Source of the DNA: Vitrella brassicaformis CCMP3155
Lineage: Eukaryota; Protista; Chromerida
Reading direction: 5' to 3'
Length of the DNA: 64,000 bases
NCBI GenBank assembly: GCA_001179505.1
Contig: CDMY01000319.1
Span: 59,143-123,142 of the forward strand
Shown here: piece by piece, positions 49,981 through 60,809 of the stretch
Layout of the letters: each line of letters begins with the position of its first letter
Numbering within the stretch: the first letter of the stretch is position 1
Notes under the pieces: generated by a model
What the model was told of the DNA's origin: nothing
Database searches by the model: none
Seen by the model: only the letters and a program-made list of their open reading frames with translations
Position numbers and translations under genes: made by a program

Positions 49981-50848
49981 CACGACACAGTGAGCATGAC
50001 ATGACCCCCGTGACAGTACAGCACAGTACCCACCCCTTGTCCTTCTGTGCGTATGTGTGTATGTACCTGTCTCTGCAGACATTTGGTGAGTCCCCTTTGC
50101 AGTATCGTCACCGGGTGCGGGCTGAACATCATGACCTCCGAACTAGACACCACCAGCGTCCGCTTCACCCACCTGAGGTGCCACTTCTGGAGCCACACCT
50201 CCGCACGGTACTCGCACAGCATCTGCTCCGACCCCTCACTGCTCCCCCAACACATGGGGCTGCCCGGGATGTGGATGGACGGGGACGCGGGCGACTCGTC
50301 GGCAAGGGTGGACACGCTCCCGATGGACCCCCGTGGGCGTGTGGGGTCTTCCAGTAGACCTGGTAGCTTGGGCGTCCCCGGGCACTGGCCGATGCTGCCG
50401 AGGGATGCGCTGACCTCACGGGGCAGCGGGTTGACGTCGAGCATACTGGCGAGGGAGGCGTTGACAGTCGGGGAGGGCTCGCTGCTGAGGTCGTCACTGT
50501 CATTGAGGATGGCCGGCAGCGATATAAGTGGGCAGTGAGTGTCGGCCATGTCGCTGCAGGGCTGGCGGAACCGGGTTGGAGTTGTTGGGACACACTCACC
50601 AGGAGGGTGGATTGGTATTCAATGAACGACCTGGTGGAGGGAGACTTGGTGGTGGTCTGGCGCAGGCTGCTGCTGGATCTGGGATTGAGGGAGGGACGGA
50701 CGAACCTGAACCAACACTGCTCGTTGGCGTGTTGACTGAGGAGCCGACTCACAGGAGACGAAGACCCGCTTAAAACTGTCTCGTCTTCGAACCGAGAGGA
50801 GGAGAGATAGCTATCTTTTACGGTCAATGTCTGCTCTACCGCCATCAT
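49593..50848 (-). CDS. Ser/Pro-rich protein with a C-terminal PH-like domain
   Basis: Exons encode ...RAEVWLQKWHLRWVKRTLVVSSSEVMMFSP...|...DIVACRIREHKKLEI|MISTRYGGSWRVRCCSLESLPILYRCL. The W..R..V strand pattern and terminal helix resemble a PH fold. The start at 50848 is inferred. Confidence 0.5.
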
Positions 50849-50925
50849 GAGTATGACCGACCTGTATGACAAATTGCTTTGTACGAGTCCATAAACATGA
50901 CTCAGAGGCATTGCTATATCCCCGA

Positions 50926-52522
50926 ATGACCTCTGAAGGCGCCAAAACAATAGAGCAGAGGAGCGCCACGAGTGATGCTCACGCAGATGTGACATTCTTC
51001 TCAAGCTGGGTGGGTGGGTGAGAATGGAATGGAGAGAGAAAGAGGTGCAGGCAGGATGCCAGCAGGGAGCCACGCAGGCTGGGAGTAGGATAGATAGTCT
51101 TCACGGAGGCGTTGAGTGAATGAGTTGTGTGCACGCTGCTCTCTCTTCTCTCTCTCCTCACTGAGCGTTCCGCTGTGTGTGTGTTGGTGTGTGCAGTTCT
51201 GCCCTTACGCCCAGCGGGCCTGGATAGCACTCGAAGAGAAAGGCGTCGCTTATAAGTGTACCTAAGGGGATGACTGAGAGAGGCTATGATGAGCGACGCC
51301 TCTCTCTCTCCCCCCGTTTGTCTGACGTGTGTGTGCAGATGTGGAGATCAATCCCTATGAGATTGGTGCTGATGGCGACACCAAGAGGGCCCTCTCCCTC
51401 GAGGTGTGCAAAAGACAGATGCATGGATGCATGGATGAATGATGAATGGGAAAGCTGGTCATCGCACAGCAAAAGCGGGAACGCTACCCCGAGTTTGTGC
51501 GGTGCTCTCCGCGCGGCCTGGTGCCGGCTCTCAACCACGGCAAGCCCGTATGGGAATCATTGGTCGGTCGGTCGATCAAAGGGAGCGGACGGACACCTAT
51601 CTACCACACGTGCACTCGGCCCTTTTCTGTGTGTGTACTGTGTTGTGTTGTGTTGTGTGTATGCAGGTGGCGGCCGAGTACATTGACGAGGCGTTCGATG
51701 GTCCACCTTTGATGCCTAGTCATCCGCACGAGAGGGCACTGGTGCGGATATGGATGGCCCACTGCAACGATCGGGTCATCCCACACTACTACAAGGCCCT
51801 GATGGCCGAGACGGAGGAGGGGCGCCAGGCGGCCAGAGACAACTTCATCAACGGTGCGTGCGGTGCGAGGGAGGGAGGGAGCCAAGACAGGCGAGTCCAT
51901 CGCCGATGCGCATGATGCATGTAGATCGCGTTGATTGCTGTCGGCATGGTCAGGTCTCTATGAGCTGGGCTCTTTCATGCACTCCCTCTCCCCCTCTGGC
52001 GGGTGTTTCCTGGGCGGCGACCGCTTCTCACTTATGGACATCGCTCTCGCGCCCTGGTGGCAGCGGGCAGCTGTGGTGCTCAGGCACTACCGAGGATTCA
52101 AGGTGAGAAGATGGAGTGGGCTCATGTAGGCGGCCCTTTTGTGATGGCTGCATTTGTGCGCATCAATCAGTTCCCGGAGGATGGTCCGGTGTGGCAGCGG
52201 CTGCACAGCTGGTTCGATGCCGTGGCCGGACGACCGTCATACCAACGGTATGTATGTCGAAGAGCAGAGCCGCTTGGGTGCAGGACGGAGGAGCCAGCTG
52301 GATTGTCTGTTTGGTTGCGTTGCCGTGTTGTGTTGTGTTGTGTTGTGTTGTCAGGACGGTGGTGAGTCCAGAGGAGCTGATCAGGAACTATGCCGGGTGA
52401 GTGAGTGCATGGCATGTTGGTTGCTCCCTGCCTACCCTCGTGTGCTTAACCGTGTGATGCAACGCAGGTATGCTGACAACTCAGCTACATCCGATGCAGC
52501 CAAGAAGTTCCGCGACAGCTGA
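50926..52522 (+). CDS. Cys-type (omega-like) glutathione S-transferase
   Basis: MTSEGAK...VTFFSSW|FCPYAQRAWIALEEKG, SPRGLVPAL, VWESL|VAAEYIDE, LMPSHPHERALVRIW, FLGGDRFSLMDIALAPW, ending ...AAKKFRDS*. Confidence 0.9.
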
Positions 52523-53005
52523 CTTAGCCGATGCAACGACCCGTAGTTGTCTATCCAGTGTCGTGTTCGAGTGGTTTGTCGTGCCTCTCTCTTCTTGTAG
52601 GTAGAGATGTGCAGTTGGTTAGTGTGTCAGTGTAGGTCAGAGAGCATGGTTGTGTTGCACACTCACCTCACGCACAGCACCCGTGCGCTACGCAAGACCG
52701 TGCTTCATGTCATGTGACATGTACAGTCTCAAGAAGATGAGTATGATGTCTGTCGAGACAGACCATCAATCACCCAACCAACACATACCGCGTGCAGTGA
52801 TCGATGAGTCAGTCAGTCCACCCACACACCACACCCAGCAAGCGTCGCTCGCATCGCACTAGCCAACAGAGAATAGAATGACGTTCCTCCGGACACAACA
52901 CACTCGAGCACACCACTTCTGCTCCTCTGCTCGAAACTCGAAAAAGCTCGACAGCTAGGCTACGTCTGTGTGATCGCGCGAGCCGTCCGTCTGAGTGTGT
53001 TGTGT

Positions 53006-53988
53006 CTATGCGGGTGCAGGTGATGACCCCGTGTCGGCGGCGGCCTGCCGCTGCTTCCAGATGAGCCAGAAGGGCCGCTTGATGCGGTCCCAGATGTTGC
53101 TGAGGCTGTCGGGGGCGGGCCGGGTGTCTATCGTCACCTGACAGACAGATCCACACACACAACACAACCACAACAAGGCAGGAGGGGAGGGAGGAGTGAG
53201 CGTGGGTGTTGTGCTGTGTTGTGTTGGTTGGCTGACGGGCGTGTGTTGTGTGCTCACATACACACACCTATAGGTACCTGTATGTCGTCATCGAGCGTTT
53301 GGTCATCGTAGTAGTCGATGATGTACCGCACTTGCTCACCGCAGCTGTGCAGTGCACACACGCACATCACATCCGCGCACACAGGCACATACATTCCTAC
53401 ACACACGACTTTTCAAGCTCTCTGCCTGCCTGTCTGTCCTGGTTGTGTGTGTGTTACCTACCGATCGACAAACCAGTCGTGCCGGTCAAATGGCCGACCG
53501 AGGCTGCATTATAACACGTATCAAATGCAAACACACAGAGGATTCTCTCCCCAGTGGCCCCCTCCCCTCCTCCCTCCCTCCCTCCCTCCCTCAGGTACTT
53601 ACTGTGTGAAGAGGGAGTTGTATCTTGCCCGCAGACTGAGGTCGTCCGACTTGCCCACGAAACGTGTCAACGTAGGATTGGGGCACTCCCTGCACACAGC
53701 CACACAGACAGACAGACAGGCAGACAGACGGACACACAGGTATTTGTAATCAATCTACTTGACCCACTCACTTATTTCTCCTGCCTGGTCTGTCCTGTGG
53801 TGGTCTGTCTCACTTGTTGTGCATTTCCTCCCACTTCATGATGCCCTTCCACGTCTGCTCGTTGACCCAGTTGTGCACGTAGACGGTGGCGTCCATGTGG
53901 TCCGCCTCGGGGTCCTTGTCCTTCCGCAGCAACGCGTTGTAGAACTGCTGGGGGGACGGATACACCCACACTGAAGCAAGGAGAGGCC

Positions 53989-54021
<33 letters not shown>

Positions 54022-54602
54022 AGACACACACGCACATACACACAAGCAGTTGATGGCCTGCGTGTGTCCTTGAGATGGATTCCCTGCCTCGTGGTCTCTC
54101 ACTCACCCTCGTCTGATCCCGTCTTGGGAATGGTCGAGTGCTCCCTGGAGGTGCTGAGCAGCACATCACTGTCAGCCGATGTCGGCTTGTTGGGGATCAC
54201 AGGCATCATGTTGCGGGGGTCGATCTGCTCGAAACCCTGCTGCTGTTTCTCCCTGGCCCCCTGCCGCTGTATCTGCTGCGCCTGGTGCTCCAGCCGAGCC
54301 ATCAGACCCTCCCAGCCCCTCAGGGGCGCTGATTCGGGGCTGACAGAGGGAGAGGGAGAGGGACTGCTTTGTGACATCTGGGTGTGGTCGATAGGACAGC
54401 CCGCGGCCTTGGCTTGTGCGAGTTTGGTGTGGTCGATGGGGCAGCCTGATGGCTGCTGTGCCGGTGGCGCAGGGGAGGCCTGTGAGGCCTGCATCTTGGA
54501 GTGATCAATCGGGCAGCCAGATGGGGGAGAGCTCGATGCCGGAGGCATCTTGGAATGGTCGATGGGGCAGCCACGCAGCTGATTCGAATCGTCTGATACC
54601 AT
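53006..54602 (-). CDS. HCCS: Holocytochrome c synthase (cytochrome c/c1 heme lyase)
   Basis: Four N-terminal GCPIDH motifs, then REHSTIPK, WVYPSPQQFYNALLRK, VHNWVNEQTW, RFVGK, PFDRHDWFVDR|CGEQVRYIIDYY and IDTRPAPDS. Confidence 0.93.
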
Positions 54603-54770
54603 CTTCGCCGCTTCGTCTTCTTTTGCGAGCTTGAGCTTGAGCTTGTAATGGCTCGGCGATCGTGAGCCGAAACCGTGTGATTTCGCCGTAGCTGCATCCC
54701 AGTGGAGAGAGAGTGAAGCGTGCTATCGATATCTGTTGTGTGAAGAAGAAAGAAGAGTCTGTCCGAGGAG

Positions 54771-57700
54771 ATGAGTTCCCCGCAGCACCGCAACGAGCCG
54801 CCGACAGGTGAGATGAGAAGTTGACAGATGAGGCCAACACCAGCCAGCAGTGCACCCATGACGCACCAGCCACTGATCAGCCGAGGCTGAGCTTCGTAGA
54901 TCAGATCATGAGCTTAGTTCGGCGAGGCACACAAGCAGGCAGGCAGACAGACAGTTGCTCCATGGCTGGATGGCTGAGTGCGTGTTGGCGTGCTGAACTG
55001 CTGCATCGGGATGTCTCGCAAATCGCTTGTCGTTTTGCCGTGTTTGTGTTTGTGTTGTGTTGTGTGTGTCCTGTCTGTCAGAGGTGCAAGAGCTCCTCAA
55101 CTTCATCAGGTGAGGAAGGAAGGACACCGACCGCAGTGAGGTCACTGCCTTCACACGGCTGTCTATGTGTATGTGGGTGTGTGCTTCATTCAGTCAAACA
55201 GCAGGTGTGTCGGCTCAGAATGGCCCTGGCGCTGCTGTCCCTCCTCCTGCTGAACCACCACCGCCTCCTACAGGCCAAGGTGAGGGACATGGATATGGCC
55301 ACTGTGCAAGCAGCAAATCGGCACCAACGGCACTCGCGTGTGTGTGTGATGCGATCGATGTCTGCACGTGTCTGTCTGTCCCTCAGTGAATGGCATGGAT
55401 GGGTCTGGGAGTGCAGCCGCTGCCGCATCCGCTGCTGCTGACGCTGGTGGAGGCACTGCTGAGGAGGAAGAGGGTAGGCATCGCATCCCACGCAACGCAG
55501 CACGGGGCAGCACAGCAGCACCTGGTCCACCCACGATCTCTGTCCGTCCCTCTGTCTGTCGTATGTCTGTCGTCTTCAGCGGCACCTGCGCCCAGACACC
55601 AGAAGCTCATCGAAATCGGGTGAGCGAGCATCGCATCCACACACGCGCACACACGACACGAACATGGCATGTGTGTGTATGTGTGTGTGTGTGTGGTGTG
55701 TGTGTGTGTTCCTTCAGGGCTACCGTTGAGGTGCAGCAGGTGGACCCCAACGACCCCCTCAACGCCGCACAGAGCTGGGAAGACCTCAACCTGTACGCAC
55801 GCAATAACTCACTCACAGGCACACAACCATATGCCATAGCTGGACTGGACAGACAGACAGACTGCCGGAGATTATATTTGCGTGTGCGTGCGTGTGCGGG
55901 TGCCGACCCGACTCTGTGTGTGTCTGCTTAGTCCTGATCCCATTATGAAGGGCATCTACGCCAAGGGCTTCGCGCACCCCAGCAGAATTCAGGTACGTAC
56001 CTACACACCCACCGATTCGCCTCGTTCCGCGCGCCACAGTCACAGATAGATGTCCTCTTGTCGGTCGGTGCTCATCGTTCGTTGTCTGTGTGCAGGGGAG
56101 CGCCCTCCCTCTGCTCATTCAGCGCAGGTGAGACAGACGACCAGCACAACAGCAAGCACCCACCCACATAAGACAGACACTGTCGACCCGACCCATCGCG
56201 TGTGTCTGTGTGGTCTGTGTGCAGGCAGAACTGCATCGCGCAGGCGCAGAACGGTTCGGGCAAGACGGCCACGTTTGCGCTGGCGATGCTGAGCCTGGTC
56301 AACCCCACACAGAGGGTGCCCCAGGCGCTCTGCCTCGGACCCACACGAGAACTCGCCAAACAAAATGCCGCTGTCGTCGAGGAACTCGGTGAGTGACCAC
56401 AGGCCCCCGTGGGTATGTCGGCATACTGCATGTCTGTGTCTGCGGATGTCAGGCAAGTTCACGGGCGTGAGGGTGAACCTGATCGTGCCGCAGGCCAATC
56501 GTGAGCAAATGAGAGAGAGGAGAGGGGATGGATGCATGGATGGATGGAGGGTATCTATCGGGAATGCGCTGTTATGCCTCTCTCTGTGTGTGATGTTCTG
56601 ATGTTATTGTTATGCCTTGTTTGTTGTGTCAGTGTCGGTGCTCGATGGCCAGATCATCGTGGGCACGCCGGGCAAGGTCAGCACATATAAAGAAGGGAGG
56701 GAGCCACACACACCGACGACACATAGACATCATTCACGTCCCTCGTCCCCCGCCTCTGTCCATCAGGTTCAGGAGCAGCTGCGCAAGAGGCGACTCAGAC
56801 ACGATGTGTGTGACCATGGCTGAGGGAGGATACTGCGCCCGTCCACACATCCAAATGTCGTGTGTGTGTGTGTGCGTGTGTTACAGAACATCCGCATCTT
56901 CGTTTTGGACGAGGCCGACGTCATGATTGACAAGAACAACAATATGGGGCCACAAGTGCACGACATCAGACGGTACGCACGGACACACCACACACCACGC
57001 CGTGCCTCGCCATTTTTCTCACTCCATCGCCCTCCGTCCCGTCTGTGTTGTGTGAGCAGGTTTCTGAAGAACCCCAACTTCCCTCTGCAGACGCTGCTGT
57101 TCTCCGCGACGTTTGACGATGACGTCAAGAACTTCGCCATGCAGCTGGTCCCTAACGCCAATATCATCACAGTCAGGAAGGAGGACCTCACTCTCAAGAA
57201 CGTCAACCAGGTGTGTGTGTTGTGTGTTGTGTGTTGGAGGTGGGTGGAGAGAGAGGTCAACCAACACGTGACGGACGGTGTGTGGTGTGTGTGGTCACTC
57301 AGTTTTACATGGACTGCACGGACGACAATGACAAGAAGTTGATGCTGCTGGAGCTCTACTCGGTCCTCAACATCGGACAGTCCATCATATTCGTCAACAG
57401 CAAGTAACTACAGGCAGCACACCCAGAATGCCATGCCATGGATTGATGGGCCCTGTAAATCGTGGGTCTATGTGTGTAATCCCGCAGGCAGAAGGCCTTC
57501 GAGCTGGCGTCTCACATGAAGGAATATGGGTCAGCCTGCACTGCACTGCACACACAATCGGCATGCACTCACACATCAATCACATCACATCACACACACC
57601 CCTCCCTCCCTGTGTCTGTCTGTTGTGGCTATGTATGGTTGATGCAGTCACGCTGTGTCTCTGATCACGGGCACCCAGAAGCAGTCTGGCGACTTCCAGA

Positions 57701-58466
57701 TGGACGTGCAGGAGAGAGACCGCGTCATGGAGGAGTTCAGATCAGCAAAGACCAAAGTGCTCGTCTCCACTGACGTCCTCGCCAGAGGCATCGACGTCCC
57801 ACAGGTGCCTACCTGCCTACCTGCCTGCCTGCCTGCCTGCCTGCCTGCCGCCCTCCTGTTGTCCGCGCATTCGTCGATCAACGAATGCGATGTATGTGCA
57901 CCCACTGTGCGTCATCCATCTGTCAGGTGACCATGGTTGTGAATTTCGACATTCCGCTGGACCGTCGCCAGTCGGCGGGGTGGTCGGGGCAGTACCAGGG
58001 CGGCGAGGGGCTGGTGGAATTCGTAAGCACACATCGACAGACAAACGATAATGAATGAGAGTTGCCAGGGGAGGGAGCCTGCCTGTTCATCTCCCTGTGT
58101 GTGTGTGTGTGTGTGGTGCGGGTGGGTGGTTTGTTGCGTATTTATTGTGTGCAGGCGACGTATCTGCATCGCATTGGCCGGACGGGTCGTTTTGGTCTCA
58201 AGGGGATCGCCATCAACCTCATCACGCCCGAGACCATGCCGCTCATGGAACAGATTCGCACCTACTACGCGTAAGACGGACACACCGCACCGCTGATGGA
58301 TGGATGGATGGAACACACACGCACGCGGGCGGCGCGTCGTGGTGATCGGTGCGTGTGTGTGTGTGTGTGTGTGTGTGTCAGGTGTGAGGTGCACAAGCTG
58401 GAGCGTGACATCGAGTTGATCGAGCAGAAGGTCAGAAGCCTCAGAGACGACCTCAGAAAGACCTAA
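54771..58466 (+). CDS. DDX19: DEAD-box RNA helicase DDX19/Dbp5 (mRNA export)
   Basis: SWEDLNL|[70 protein letters not shown] and [12 protein letters not shown]. Stop TAA at 58464-58466. N-terminal exons upstream of ~55600 are uncertain. Confidence 0.9.
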
Positions 58467-59211
58467 CCGACAGCGGGGAGTGGCGTACGTGGTGGGGCAG
58501 TGGGTGGGCGCCATGTCTGAAGCTGGGACGAGATGGCTGGAGAGAGAAGAGATCTGAGGGGGGTAGTGCGGTGCGCGGCGTGCGTGTGGAGTTGTAAAGG
58601 TCCGGTATGTCCATTGCAATGCATACACACCTGCATGACAGACACGACACACATGGGTGGGTGGGATGCGTGACTGACTGACTGACTGACGTACTTACTG
58701 CTACAGATCTTGATTGGATGGGTACATGGTCTCTGCTTTACTCTATGAATTGCGAGAGAGAGGACAAATGGGGATGGGGGCGGCAGAAAAGCTCGCACTC
58801 AGCCTGGGAATTTCGAGGATTAACATGAACAGACAGAACGGTGTCAAAGCTCCTCCTCGGGACAGCGCCATGATCCCTCTTCGAACTTCGCTCCCTCACC
58901 GCAGGACGCTCACCGGCGGCGCGCCCGGTCTGTTTGATCCCCCCGGCGTCCTTGCCACCTCGGCCACTCTGCGGTCGTTCGAGAAGCATGTGTCTATGTC
59001 ACGGCTGCCGACTGCGAGGCAAACTGCTGCCTTCGTCCCCCATCTGCATCTCAACAGGGGCGTGCCCGTCAAATCTTCGTCGGTACTTACGGGAAGGCGA
59101 GGCGCAGCGGGAGGGAGGAGACGGCGCGCACTCTCCCCGCTGTGTGTGTGTGCATGTTGACTGCAGAACTTGTTGCGGGATATCTCTCCCCGAAACCACG
59201 TATCGCAAATC

Positions 59212-60082
59212 ATGAGGGAGAAAGGGGGAAACCTGTTCGCCTCGGGGCTTCGCATCTATGAGCGGCTCGGCCCTGCCAACCCCGAGGATGACGAGGTCGA
59301 CACGAATCGGGGCAATGACCACCACATGGCTACAGGTCCGACACACATATGGAACCACGATAAGGCGGCCAAAGAACGCAAGAGGAAGGCAACACACCAG
59401 GTAGGTCAGAAAGGGCCTTGTATGCGCATACCTGTCTGTCTCCGTGTGAGTCGTGTCGTCTCGTGCTTCCTCTACCTACGGCTGCGCCGGAAACATGCAG
59501 GACATCTTCCCCAACGAGCGCAGCCGATTGACCCAGAGGCAAACGGACGATTTGGTCAACCGCCTTTATTACCTGCGCATCTCCAAAAAGCAGAAGACGC
59601 AACACCAGGTAAGAAATCACCTGCGTCGGCTTCGGGCGGTCTGAGTGTCCTGTGTCTGTGTCTCTGTGTCTCTGTGTCTCTGTGTCTCTGTGTCTCTGTG
59701 TCTGTGTCTGTGTGTGAAGATTGCTGCTGCTGCGCCGGATGCTCATCGGCGTGTGGCTGAGAAGGCCCGTGTTCGTGAGCCTCGTGAGCCGGATGTGTGT
59801 GAAGTTGATATGGGGCCGACGGGAGCTGTTGTCGAGGATGTGGATGGGGAGGGCGTCGAGCCCGCCGAGGAGGGTGAGGTGCTGCAGGCGCGCAAGAACA
59901 TCGCACGGACGTATGTCAACCACTGCATCAAACGTAAGCGTGCATCGAACAACAGGTGGTTACGGTACACCTCTTTGATCAAATGGATGGCATGCATGGC
60001 ATTGATCGGGAACGTGCCTGTAGACCACGGAGGGCTGACGTTGAAGCCGAAGGAGGGCAGCCTGATGCCCAACCGCTTCTAA
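59212..60082 (+). CDS. Hypothetical basic protein
   Basis: Three exons with good splice sites: MREKGGNLFASGLRIYERL...KATHQ|DIFPNERSRLTQRQTDDLVNRLYYLRISKKQKTQHQ|IAAAAP...LMPNRF*. No family recognised. Confidence 0.55.
59650..59715 (+). repeat. Intronic (CTGTGTCT)n octamer microsatellite
   Basis: Read directly in the second intron of the 59212-60082 gene. Confidence 0.85.
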
Positions 60083-60809
60083 ACCGCCAAAGACAAACCG
60101 AGAGTATCCTGTGCATGTGACGGGTGGGTCTTCATCCGTACGCACGGCAAGGGAATGATCAATGACTCCGTGATCGAGGATCGCACTCGATGTGCTCCTG
60201 AGACATGAATGAATGATGTTGTGGCACGACACGACATTAGTTGGTGAACCTCTCTTTGTAAGTACCGCAGTGTGTGTCGAGGCAGGGGCCGAAGAGCCGA
60301 ACCGAGGCCGGCTGTACACGCATGCATTCCATCGACCATGGTGTGCGGAACCATCCGTCCATCCATCCCTCCATCCATCCTAGGCCTCTCACATATGTAT
60401 ACAGACACATAGATACATGTCTCATATGAACGCCTCTCCCCTCCCCTCCCCTCCCGTATGACAATTATACAACAACGCGTAGCCGATCTCGCGATAGATA
60501 GACAGAGCGACCTACGAAAGGCAAGCTAGGGCGGCCTGCAGAGAGAGATGAAGAGGGATATTTGCTCCGTTGATGTGGCACGACAGACGCACGTGAATAT
60601 GTGTGTGTCGACACAAAAACCGTGATGTGTCAAGGCGACTTGGGACGCTTTACACAAGATAGATCGAGGAGGCGGGGAGACATGCATTCATTCATCTCAT
60701 GTCCACACGCACATACACTGGGTCCATTGAGTCAGTACTTTGTACATACATACGTGCACTGCACCCTCATGTGGACTCTCTGCCTGATGCAGTGGTTCGT
60801 CTGCTCATG

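Noticed and set aside
58714-59160. ORF MDGYMVSALLYELRERGQ... between DDX19 and the next gene
   Set aside because: No protein-like features or splice support. It is more likely 3'UTR or promoter sequence.
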